DNA from: an uncultured Clostridia bacterium
GTDB taxonomy: Bacteria > Bacillota > Clostridia > Christensenellales > UBA1242
DNA: 64,000 nucleotides
Reading direction: 5' to 3'
Assembly: GCA_944345705.1 (NCBI GenBank)
Contig: CALVML010000002.1
Span: 19,992 to 83,991 of the forward strand
Below are positions 9,793 to 17,933 of this stretch, piece by piece. The translations under genes were made by a program, and so were the position numbers. Position 1 is the stretch's first letter; each line of letters opens with the position of its first letter. The notes below the pieces were generated by a model. That model saw only the letters and a list, made by a program, of their open reading frames with translations, did no database searches and was not told the origin of the DNA.

Positions 9793-10332
9793 TTATAGAT
9801 CTCTATCGTTGTCTGAAACTGAATTTTCATTGTCAATATATTTATTAAAGATGTCTAGACTATAATTTTTAAACACTTCAAATACATCTTGTCGGTTTTC
9901 AGAGTCTGCATAAATTTTACTCTGCATTATAGCGTCTAATTTGTCCATCTCTTTAACAAACTGTGCCTCTGGTGTTTTACCTTCTTCAAATTCCTGCCAT
10001 AAAGTCAAAATTTCAGGCATGTTGTATTGCCTTGATAATCTTTGAATACACTTTAATTCACCGAGATATTTTTCTTCCTTAGTAATCTTATCCATCGGCG
10101 TATGATCACCATAATCAATCTCACATAACTCATGGTAAAGAACCATTTTCATTACTTTTTCTTGATCTAATTTAAGCTTAAATTTATTGATCATCTCAAG
10201 CGATAGTAATACCATCGAAAAGGTATGCTCTGCATCACTTTCTACTCTACCATTTTCACCTTTTATATCTCTCACAACCCAGCCTTTGCGTAAAACATTC
10301 TTTAGTTTTGCAATTTCTTGATAAAATGTCAT
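9793..10332 (-). CDS. HD-superfamily phosphohydrolase (YfbR/HD_3-like)
   Basis: SDAEHTFS ... LYHELCEIDYGD ... EMDKLDA spacing is typical of HD_3 5'-nucleotidases. The sequence reads HE where the family usually has HD. A good SD is present. Confidence 0.75.
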   Translation of the reverse strand: MTFYQEIAKLKNVLRKGWVVRDIKGENGRVESDAEHTFSMVLLSLEMINKFKLKLDQEKVMKMVLYHELCEIDYGDHTPMDKITKEEKYLGELKCIQRLSRQYNMPEILTLWQEFEEGKTPEAQFVKEMDKLDAIMQSKIYADSENRQDVFEVFKNYSLDIFNKYIDNENSVSDNDRDL

Positions 10333-10532
10333 TAATTTTCTCCTAGTAAAAATTATATCATATCCAGACTAGAAAGTCAATAGGAAAAATATCGACAAAA
10401 GATATAGCAAAACATGAGAAAAACAGAAGTAAATCTGAAATTTCAAAAATATATTTTCAAGAATATAAAACTACCCTATTTTTATAATTACGAAATCAAA
10501 AAGTAATAATTTAAAAAATATCTATCAAAATA

Positions 10533-10561
10533 TTGCAAAAAGAAAAGAAATATGCTATAAT
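10533..10561 (+). promoter_or_regulatory. Promoter of tRNA-Arg
   Basis: TTGCAA (10533-10538), 17-nt spacer, TGcTATAAT (-10 at 10556-10561), about 40 nt upstream of the tRNA. Confidence 0.6.
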
Positions 10562-10603
10562 AACTAAGCAAAAATCAAAAAATACCTAATAAAAATCGCT
10601 AAT

Positions 10604-10678
10604 GCGTTTGTGGTGAAATGGATATCACGACGGTCTACGGAACCGTTATTCTGGGTTCGAGTCCCGGCAGACGCACCA
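10604..10678 (+). tRNA. tRNA-Arg (anticodon ACG), CCA encoded
   Basis: Hand-folded cloverleaf. Acceptor stem GCGTTTG/CAGACGC, anticodon stem ACGGT/ACCGT with loop CTACGGA (ACG), T arm CTGGG-TTCGAGT-CCCGG, discriminator A plus CCA. Confidence 0.9.
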
Positions 10679-10682
10679 TAGT

Positions 10683-10710
10683 AAACCGCAAAATAGTTTT
10701 GCGGTTTTTT
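10683..10710 (+). terminator. Rho-independent terminator after tRNA-Arg
   Basis: AAACCGCAAAA-TAG-TTTTGCGGTTT followed by TTT. Confidence 0.7.
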
Positions 10711-10760
10711 ATAGACTTTAATCGGGACGAGAACCTAAGGGCTCCCGAAAATACTTTAGT
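10702..10760 (+). repeat. Left copy of a ~60-bp imperfect direct repeat flanking the phage-remnant islet
   Basis: Aligns with 12821-12880. The exact core TCGGGACGAGAACC is at 10722-10735 and 12841-12854, and the flanks are roughly 80% identical by eye. Confidence 0.7.
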
Positions 10761-10838
10761 ATTTTTGGGAAAAGGAGCAAACGAGCGTCAATGGCTAATT
10801 TGCGTTTAGCAAATTGCCCTAAGCGTAGTTTGCGACGA

Positions 10839-10859
10839 CGAGTCCCGGCAGACGCACCA
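10839..10859 (+). repeat. Exact 21-nt duplicate of the tRNA-Arg 3' end (att-like)
   Basis: CGAGTCCCGGCAGACGCACCA is identical to 10658-10678 (T-loop to CCA). Identity stops exactly at the T-loop. Confidence 0.8.
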
Positions 10860-10868
10860 AACAAGAAT

Positions 10869-10910
10869 AAAACGAACCTTGAAAGCAACTCAAAGTTCGT
10901 TTTGTTTTTT
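10869..10910 (+). terminator. Hairpin plus T-run after the tRNA-end duplicate
   Basis: AAAACGAAC ... GTTCGTTTT followed by GTTTTTT. Confidence 0.5.
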
Positions 10911-11021
10911 AATAAAGATTGGTTTGGGTTGACAATTGGGTTAAAATAAAAATTAATAAATTTTATATAAAAATCTTTAAATTTATGTTATAATTGTATT
11001 TAATAAAGGTGGGATTATATT

Positions 11022-12314
11022 ATGAGAAAATTTAAAGGCAAATCTCTTTTGAATTGTGTAAATACTTATTGTGTTATAGATATAGAAACAACAGGATTAG
11101 ATCCACAGATTGATGATATAATTGAGATTGGTATAATAAAAGTAAATAATAATAAAATTATTGACACATTTTCTTCTTTGGTAAAGCCTTTTTCTCCAAT
11201 TTCAGATTTTATATCACAATTAACTGGCATAACTAACGAAAAAGTCAAAGATTGTCCTACTATAGATAAAATACTTCCTTTCGTTAAAGATTTTATATCT
11301 GATAAAATTATAATTGGGCACAACATTAATTTTGATATTAATTTCTTATATGATAATTTTGTTAGGTTTGAAAATTACTTATTCAGAAACGATTATATTG
11401 ACACTATGCGATTAAGTCGCATATTGTTTAAGGAATTACTAGACCATCGCTTATCTACTATTGCGAATCACTTAAATGTTAAATTTAACAAAATGCACAG
11501 GGCACTAATTGATTGCGAAATTACAAATAACTGCTACAGAAAAATTAAAGATTATATTACAAAAAATAATATTGATATATCTCAAATTTTAAGACAAAAT
11601 AAAACAAAACTTAAGGCAAAGGATATTACAACTAATTATACAACTTTTGAAGAAAGCAATCCGTTTTATAATAAAACTTGTGTATTTACTGGTACACTTG
11701 AATTTCCTAGAAGACAGGCTATGAAATATGTTGTTGATTTTGGCGGACATTGTGCAGATAATGTTACACTTAGTACTGATTATTTAATAGTTGGCAATTT
11801 TGAATATTCCGCCAATATAAAAGGGAATAAAAGTTCGAAATTAAGGAAGGCAGAGAGTCTTGTATTGCAAGGATATGATATCAAAATTCTTTCAGAAAAT
11901 GTTTTTTATGATTTGATAGAACAAAACAAGATAAAAGAAAATGAAAAAATTAAAACAAGTCAATTAGTTGATAACAATATACAAACTAAAGAATATATTG
12001 AAGGAAAAGATTATGTGTTGGATACTAAACAAGCTTTATATTTTTCTAACCTAGGGACACAATTTGAAAAAAATAACAACATAAGCGAAGCAATTAATGC
12101 CTATGAAAAATCGGCCTATTTTGCTTTTGAAGGAAATTATGTGTATGAACGACTTTACATATTATACAGAAAAAATAAAGAATATGATAAAGCAATCAAT
12201 ATACTAAATTTTGCAATTTTTGTATTTGATAAATTGATTAATAAAGAACGCCCTGATAGATTAAAAAAATTATATGACTTTAAAGAAAAATTGAAAAAAT
12301 TAACAAAAATTTGA
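11022..12314 (+). CDS. DnaQ-like DEDDh 3'-5' exonuclease fused to a BRCT domain and a TPR-like C-terminus
   Basis: Exo I VIDIETTGL, Exo II GHNINFDINFL, Exo III HRALIDCE. BRCT-like FTGTL...GGHCADNVTLSTDYLIVG. The C-terminus has helical AxxxYEKS/YxxLYxxY repeats. AAAGGTGGG SD. Confidence 0.8.
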   Translation: MRKFKGKSLLNCVNTYCVIDIETTGLDPQIDDIIEIGIIKVNNNKIIDTFSSLVKPFSPISDFISQLTGITNEKVKDCPTIDKILPFVKDFISDKIIIGHNINFDINFLYDNFVRFENYLFRNDYIDTMRLSRILFKELLDHRLSTIANHLNVKFNKMHRALIDCEITNNCYRKIKDYITKNNIDISQILRQNKTKLKAKDITTNYTTFEESNPFYNKTCVFTGTLEFPRRQAMKYVVDFGGHCADNVTLSTDYLIVGNFEYSANIKGNKSSKLRKAESLVLQGYDIKILSENVFYDLIEQNKIKENEKIKTSQLVDNNIQTKEYIEGKDYVLDTKQALYFSNLGTQFEKNNNISEAINAYEKSAYFAFEGNYVYERLYILYRKNKEYDKAINILNFAIFVFDKLINKERPDRLKKLYDFKEKLKKLTKI

Positions 12315-12326
12315 TGGAGATACAAA

Positions 12327-12524
12327 ATGATAGCATTATACATTATTTTAATAGCAATAGGAATAGCTGGAATAGTAGTTGGAATATATGCAAGGAAGAA
12401 AATTGCTGAATGTGAAACAGAAGAAGAGAAAAAGTCGGTCAAAGCAAAATGGCAACTTATATGTGGATTGATAGGTGCTTCTGCTATAATAGTTGCTGGT
12501 ATTTTTATATTTACAATGTTTTAA
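12327..12524 (+). CDS. 65-aa two-TM membrane protein (hypothetical)
   Basis: GGAG SD lies 7 nt before the ATG. Two hydrophobic helices flank a charged loop. Confidence 0.6.
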   Translation: MIALYIILIAIGIAGIVVGIYARKKIAECETEEEKKSVKAKWQLICGLIGASAIIVAGIFIFTMF

Positions 12525-12540
12525 AAGGAGGTAAAAGAGT

Positions 12541-12858
12541 ATGGCTGGTCGACCACCAAAATTACAAAATCAAAAAACAGGTGCATATTCAAAAGCAACA
12601 AAACAAGCACAGTAAGAAAGTTTGCCTATTTATCAAAGTCAAGAGTTTGTTCCACCAAAGTCTTTAAACAAGAAAGAGTTAGAAGTTTGGGGTTTTATTG
12701 TAAATGTATTTAGACAAACCAGAAATTGTCAAGCAAGTGATGCTGATATTTATTTAATGCAGATGTATTGCAGAGATAAAGTAATGCTTGATGAAGCAGC
12801 AGAAAGATGGAGAAAAAATCCGGTTTTTTTATATCTTTATTCGGGACGAGAACCCTAG
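12541..12858 (+). pseudogene. Remnant of a phage terminase small subunit (P27 family-like), with an in-frame TAA and 3' truncation
   Basis: AAGGAGG SD is followed by MAGRPPK..., the typical P27 terS N-terminus. An in-frame TAA lies at 12613-12615, and the same frame continues (PPKSLNKKELEVW...YCRDKVMLDEAAERWRKNP). The reading frame runs into the right direct repeat at about 100 codons. Confidence 0.65.
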
Positions 12859-12880
12859 GGCTTTAAAAAATACCTTAATA
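12821..12880 (+). repeat. Right copy of the ~60-bp imperfect direct repeat
   Basis: See 10702-10760. Confidence 0.7.
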
Positions 12881-12949
12881 AGAAAAGCAATGGAATAAAT
12901 ATTAATTAAAATATTTTTAATAAATGCTATAAACAAAATTTGTTCAGTT

Positions 12950-14581
12950 TTATTTATTTTTTGCCTTTTCTTTTTTATAATTATCATATCCGCCTAGATA
13001 AGAGTGCACTTTGCCATTTTCAAATTCGATTGTTCTATCTGCAAATTTATTGATAAAGTATCTATCGTGGCTGATAAATATAAGTGTGCCTTCAAAATCA
13101 TCAATTGCACTCTCTAGGACTTCTTTTGTGGGAATGTCGATATGATTTGTCGGTTCGTCAAAGATAAGCGTATTGATCTTTTTTTGTAACAATTCAGCTA
13201 ATTTCAGTCTTATTTTCTCACCACCGGATAAATTTTTGACTTTTTTTGTAACATCTTCTTTATAAAAATGAAATCCTGCTAAAATCTGTCTTGCTCTGCG
13301 CTCGTCTATACCGACTTCTCCTTTAAAATATTCAAGTACCTGCTCATTGTCATCAGGGAATGTAATAATTTGTGGCAAATATCCTATTTTTACACTTGGT
13401 CCAACAAACACTTCTCCAGAAAATTTTAAAGTTTGAACTCCCATTATAGTTTTAATAAAAGTAGATTTACCACTGCCGTTAGAGCCGACAATTGCAATTC
13501 TTTCTTTTGAATTAATCATTAGATTTACATTTTCTAAAATCTTTTTGCCATTTGGTAGCCAGACATTGAGATCTCGTACTTCAATAATGCGCTTGCTTGT
13601 TTTGCGTTCTTCTCCAAACCCAAAATCTAATTTTTTGCGTTGTTTAGGAAGTTCAATTTTGTGCTCTAAAATTCTATCAAGTTGTGTTTGCAACGCTTTT
13701 GCTCTATCACAAAGTGTCGAGCTGTTTTTTTGCATTCCAAGTTCTGAAAAATATTTAATTCTTTCCTGCAATCTTTTAATTATTTTTTGCTGAATTTTAA
13801 AATCTGAAATTTGCTTTTCTAGGTATGCTGCTTTTTCTACCATATAGCCTGAATAATTGGTAAAATACATTTTAGGTTCAAGACCATCTAAATCTAAAAT
13901 CCTATTTGATACTTTATCTAGAAAATATCTATCATGAGAAACAATAACTATTGCCCCTTTGAAGTTTTTTATATAAGATTCCAGCCACTCAATTCGTGCA
14001 ATATCCAAGTGATTTGTTGGCTCGTCAAGTAAGAATAAATCTGGCTGTACTAAAAGTGCTTTTGCAAGTTGTACTAAGCTCTTTTCTCCACCACTCAAAT
14101 CATTATAGCTTTTATTCAAGATATCTTTATCTATATTAAGACCTGTTATAACAGAATCTATTTTATAATCTATATCATAACCACCAGCTTTTGCAAATTT
14201 ATCTAAAAGATTACAATATTTGCTCATAGCAATATCATTTGTGCCATCTCGCTCTAGTTCATTTTGAAGTTGACTTAATCTTGCTTCCATATCAATCAAA
14301 TCAGAAAAGGCATCCTTTAAAAGTAAATCAACTTTTCTATCGTCACTTATGCTTGAACCTGTCTGATCAAGATATGCAACTTTAGCTCCTCTTTTTATAT
14401 TTATGCTTCCACTGTCAACTTTTACTAAACCTGCAATCATTTTTAACAAGGTCGATTTTCCGCAACCATTAGATCCTACAATGGATAAGGACTCACCTTC
14501 ATTTAAGAAAAATGAAACTTCTTCAAATAAAGGTCCCTGACCAAAATCTTTTGAAACTTTATTTACATCAAGTATTAACAT
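12950..14581 (-). CDS. ABC-F family ATPase (two canonical NBDs, no TMD)
   Basis: Walker A GSNGCGKST and GSNGSGKST, two LSGGEK signatures, Walker B LLDEPTNHLD and IFDEPTNHID. The ATG at 14581 has a GAAGGGG SD. The track start at 14605 is TTG. Confidence 0.9.
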   Translation of the reverse strand: MLILDVNKVSKDFGQGPLFEEVSFFLNEGESLSIVGSNGCGKSTLLKMIAGLVKVDSGSINIKRGAKVAYLDQTGSSISDDRKVDLLLKDAFSDLIDMEARLSQLQNELERDGTNDIAMSKYCNLLDKFAKAGGYDIDYKIDSVITGLNIDKDILNKSYNDLSGGEKSLVQLAKALLVQPDLFLLDEPTNHLDIARIEWLESYIKNFKGAIVIVSHDRYFLDKVSNRILDLDGLEPKMYFTNYSGYMVEKAAYLEKQISDFKIQQKIIKRLQERIKYFSELGMQKNSSTLCDRAKALQTQLDRILEHKIELPKQRKKLDFGFGEERKTSKRIIEVRDLNVWLPNGKKILENVNLMINSKERIAIVGSNGSGKSTFIKTIMGVQTLKFSGEVFVGPSVKIGYLPQIITFPDDNEQVLEYFKGEVGIDERRARQILAGFHFYKEDVTKKVKNLSGGEKIRLKLAELLQKKINTLIFDEPTNHIDIPTKEVLESAIDDFEGTLIFISHDRYFINKFADRTIEFENGKVHSYLGGYDNYKKEKAKNK

Positions 14582-14764
14582 ACTAAACCCCTTCTTTATC
14601 GACAAAACATATCATGTTACAATATTTTCTTATATGTCTTATAGATTTTTATAAAATGATTTAAAAAACTAAAAATTATTATAAATTTTTTTATTTATTG
14701 TATATCAGCATACCATCAATGTCAACATTTTTAAAATTTAAAGCTATATTTTCTATCATTTCTA

Positions 14765-14808
14765 ATAAAAAAGTGAATCTCTTAAGTTATTTGTTTCGAG
14801 ATTCACTT
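14765..14808 (-). terminator. Rho-independent terminator
   Basis: 11-bp stem AAGTGAATCTC/GAGATTCACTT followed by a U-run on the minus strand. Confidence 0.6.
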
Positions 14809-14831
14809 CATTATTTCGTTGATTTTAGATC

Positions 14832-15143
14832 TTATCTGCCCCTGCCAAAATCATGATAATGCGTTTGCATTTCTTCTTGCTTTTTTCGCAAATATTCATG
14901 TTCATCATGAGTTTTTGGCATATTTTTCTCGTCTTCTTTTTGCTTACGAGCTCTTTCCGATGCTACTCTGCGTTGACTTTGAAATATTGCAGGTATTGCA
15001 CTACTTTCAGGATCGATAGGTTTATCCTGCTCGCTTGGTACTTGTCTTGCGTTCCAGCAAAAAGTTCTACCTTCAATGCTTTTGATTTCTTCTTCGGTAT
15101 AATTACCGCTCATTTTAAATATTGGGTTTTTATTTTTTAACAT
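14832..15143 (-). CDS. Hypothetical 103-aa hydrophilic protein
   Basis: AAAGGTG SD lies 7 nt before the ATG. The overlapping plus-strand ORF (14853-15140) looks like an antisense shadow. Confidence 0.5.
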   Translation of the reverse strand: MLKNKNPIFKMSGNYTEEEIKSIEGRTFCWNARQVPSEQDKPIDPESSAIPAIFQSQRRVASERARKQKEDEKNMPKTHDEHEYLRKKQEEMQTHYHDFGRGR

Positions 15144-15175
15144 ATAATTTCACCTTTTTAAAATAAAAAATATAA

Positions 15176-16786
15176 TTATCCTATGACATCTGCGCATATT
15201 AACTGATAAAATCCATCTGTCTGGTAATCTTCATCTAATTTTGTTACAAAATTTTGAATTGCGACTTTATCTTGATGTTCAACATTTATCATCTTATCTA
15301 TAGCCTTTAAAATATCTATAAATTTATCAAAAGAACTTGCAATAAAACGTGGCATATCGTTTTGTTTCATAAAGCAAACTGGATAGTCCCTTTCTGTAGC
15401 GAGAGCAATAATTGGATAACCAAAAGTTGTTTCCTTGGCTATAACATAGGCATCTGTGTCACTTCGTATATCATCAAATATTTTTTTCCATCTGAGAATA
15501 ACTCGTTCGCCATTTTGCGAGTCAAATCTATATCCATCTTGATATTTCTCAAAATCATCGGCACAAGCTATTTTGATTTTCTCTTTTCCGTTTACTTTGA
15601 AAACTCTAAAATCATTTTTTTCTAATCTTTGAGTTAATCTATTCATAAACTCGCTCGCATCAATTCCAAAATGCATTAACCCTATTTTATCATATAAGTT
15701 ATAGAGTTTATTGCGTTGTAAACTAGCTCCTGGTATTGAATCGACCATCTCATCAATTTTTGTTGGAACCGGCATTTCAGTTGTTGGATGCAAGTCCCCG
15801 TTTGCATATTCTTGTAAAATTGTCATTGTATAATTTAAAATTTGATTTAGACTTTTAAAAGATTGTACATTTTCGTTTAAATTTTTATAATAGTCACAAA
15901 CTGCTGAGAATATTTTTGGATAGTTTTCTCCCTTTAAAAAGATAGTACTCGGACAGATCGCCATGATGTTTGGTCCATAACGCCTTATATAGTCTAGCAC
16001 AACATCTATACTCGCAAATTCTTTTATTTCTAGGAAGGCAAATGGATCATTAAGATCTCTTATAGTTACATTTATTTCATGTCCGTCAAAATATAATAAT
16101 GTGGCTGCCGTTATTGAATCTTCTTCCTTTCTGTTTTCCTTGTATTTTAAGCCATAATATAGCCCAAGATCATAATCTTTGTGACGAATAGAATTCCAAC
16201 TGTCAACAGGTCGGATCGAGTCATAAGGCTTGCTTATTTTTTCGCCTTTGTGGTTTACCAAATAGACTTTGCCGTCTTTTTTGTCTTTTGCATTGCAAAC
16301 GCCAAACATATTAAATGGATAACTATAAAGAAAGTTTAAATCTGAAACTTCTACTACATTTCCAAAATTGTCTATAATAGCAGAATATACAACTTCACCG
16401 TAACCTTTAATAACTTGATTTTCTTCATCAATTAAGTCTTTAGCAATGATACCAATATGATAATTATAGGCAGATAAAATTATTTTAGTGTAGATATGCG
16501 GAGTTAAGTAAACACTTTGTCCTTTATCATAAATTGCATATTTACCATTCTTCTCTGAAATGACCAAATCTTTTGGATCACTTTCAGTTTTTGGACTTTT
16601 CACAAAATAGTCTATAGTAAGATTAAACTCATCACAAACCTTGTTTAAAAACTCTAGATCTGGCGATCTCAACCCATTTTCATAGTTGCTTATTGTTTTT
16701 GGCGTTACAAAAAATTTCTTTGCAAACTGATTTTGTGTTAAATTATTAATCTTTCTAATATTTTTAATTAAATCACCAACATTCAT
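15176..16786 (-). CDS. XRE-family HTH protein fused to WG-type beta-repeat-like and SUKH (SMI1/KNR4)-like regions
   Basis: N-terminal HTH LTQNQFAKKFFVTPKTISNYENG. The middle has G-K/Y...Y/D repeat patterns resembling WG repeats. The C-terminus ...YPVCFMKQNDMPRFIASSFDKFIDIL resembles SUKH. The ATG at 16786 is preceded by a G8 tract acting as SD. Confidence 0.7.
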   Translation of the reverse strand: MNVGDLIKNIRKINNLTQNQFAKKFFVTPKTISNYENGLRSPDLEFLNKVCDEFNLTIDYFVKSPKTESDPKDLVISEKNGKYAIYDKGQSVYLTPHIYTKIILSAYNYHIGIIAKDLIDEENQVIKGYGEVVYSAIIDNFGNVVEVSDLNFLYSYPFNMFGVCNAKDKKDGKVYLVNHKGEKISKPYDSIRPVDSWNSIRHKDYDLGLYYGLKYKENRKEEDSITAATLLYFDGHEINVTIRDLNDPFAFLEIKEFASIDVVLDYIRRYGPNIMAICPSTIFLKGENYPKIFSAVCDYYKNLNENVQSFKSLNQILNYTMTILQEYANGDLHPTTEMPVPTKIDEMVDSIPGASLQRNKLYNLYDKIGLMHFGIDASEFMNRLTQRLEKNDFRVFKVNGKEKIKIACADDFEKYQDGYRFDSQNGERVILRWKKIFDDIRSDTDAYVIAKETTFGYPIIALATERDYPVCFMKQNDMPRFIASSFDKFIDILKAIDKMINVEHQDKVAIQNFVTKLDEDYQTDGFYQLICADVIG

Positions 16787-17095
16787 ATTATCCCCCCCCA
16801 TTACGTAGATAGTATAACACACAATAAAATGATTTTTGTTACATTATTGTGAAGATTAATCCACAAAATGTTCTAGTTTTCAAATAAAACAAATCATGAA
16901 AATATTAGAAATTCGCCAAATTTCTACAAAATTTTACTTAAATTTTATGCAATATTTGAATTTGTTGTTTGCAATTTTTTTGTAATTAAATTGAGAGTTG
17001 TTTTTTAAAATCAAAAACATTAAAAAATTTCCAATCTTCAATTTTATTGGAGATGGAAACTTTTTAAATTGAAAATTATTAAAAACATTTTACTA

Positions 17096-17416
17096 TTACC
17101 ACATAATATATTTTGGATCTTCGCCATCACAATATCTCTTAGCGGCAATAAGCATTCTCTTAAAAAATTCATCTATTATTTGATAGCAAGTCATAAAATT
17201 TTTTAAGTTTATTCGTTTTTCTTCTATTATATATTTATTATTTAAAAAATATTTTTCCCTAGCCAAAATATCTTCTTTTTCTTTATAAAACAAATCTAAT
17301 GCATCTTGCAAATCTACCTCAACCAATCTGCCGATTTCATCACCATTTACCGAAAAATCTTCAAGATTTTTATTACATGAATATAAATAAACATATTGAA
17401 AATAAATATAAAACAA
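17096..17416 (-). CDS. Doubtful ORF or gene remnant (106 codons, TTG start, no SD)
   Basis: The only support is ORF length and a hydrophilic C-terminal half. It starts 19 nt after the GNAT stop codon. Confidence 0.25.
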   Translation of the reverse strand: MFYIYFQYVYLYSCNKNLEDFSVNGDEIGRLVEVDLQDALDLFYKEKEDILAREKYFLNNKYIIEEKRINLKNFMTCYQIIDEFFKRMLIAAKRYCDGEDPKYIMW

Positions 17417-17435
17417 TGGTTTATTTTTTTGTTAT

Positions 17436-17918
17436 CTATAGATATTTTTTATAGTACAAAATTAAATCTCCGCTATCGTAAATGCTGGTAACAAATTCGC
17501 GAAATCCTAAATGAAGGTAAATGGCAAGTGTTCGACTCTCTTTAGCTTCCGCACCTATAGTTATGCATTTTATTCCGATCCCGCGAGCATAATCTTCAGC
17601 AAACCTAACAAGAGTTGAGATATACCCTTGATTTTCATATTTTTTATCTATCCTAAATGTCGAAAAATTTGCGCAGGTTTCCCCGTCACAAAGCTTGTCT
17701 CTGCAACTGACTTTAAGACAATCTTTATTTAAAACAAGAGTGATTTGTCCTACAGGCTGATCTTCATCTTTGGCAACAAAGGTGACTATATCTCCATTCT
17801 TATTCGCCGCGATAAATTCATCTTTCCATTTTATATATCTCCTGTCATCCTTGTTTTCTTCTATATCTCTATTCCATATTTTTTCTAGATCTTCATAACT
17901 TGCTTTACAATAGTTCAT
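17436..17918 (-). CDS. GNAT-family N-acetyltransferase
   Basis: GNAT-like core (...VGQITLV...NQGYISTLVRFAEDYARGIG...). The ATG at 17918 has an AAAGGTG SD. Confidence 0.8.
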   Translation of the reverse strand: MNYCKASYEDLEKIWNRDIEENKDDRRYIKWKDEFIAANKNGDIVTFVAKDEDQPVGQITLVLNKDCLKVSCRDKLCDGETCANFSTFRIDKKYENQGYISTLVRFAEDYARGIGIKCITIGAEAKESRTLAIYLHLGFREFVTSIYDSGDLILYYKKYL

Positions 17919-17933
17919 TTTTTTCACCTTTAA

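Noticed and set aside
10618-10809. 63-codon plus-strand ORF from the track
   Set aside because: It starts inside tRNA-Arg, runs through its terminator and the repeat region, and has no SD. It is an artefact of ORF calling over an RNA gene.
10802-10859. A possible second tRNA or tmRNA-like gene. GCGTTT at the 5' side and CAGACGCACCA at the 3' side could form a 6-bp acceptor stem.
   Set aside because: It is only 58 nt long. It lacks a D arm, a proper anticodon arm and the 5' half of the T stem, and it is far too short for tmRNA. It is better explained as an att-type duplication of the tRNA 3' end.
10790-10951. A 53-codon ORF (MANLRLANCPKRS...) starting after AAAGGAG and spanning the tRNA-end duplicate and a terminator hairpin
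   Set aside because: The SD-to-ATG spacing is about 13 nt. The reading frame crosses an att-like repeat and a strong hairpin, and there is no family resemblance.
12613-12615. Stop-codon reassignment or an alternative genetic code, suggested by in-frame TAA codons here and in the hydrophobic frame at 19745-20014
   Set aside because: TAA terminates many well-supported genes in the window (for example glyQS and the 195-aa surface protein). Uninterrupted ORFs of 11.3 kb, 4.4 kb and 3.8 kb read in the standard code. Pseudogenisation is the simpler explanation.
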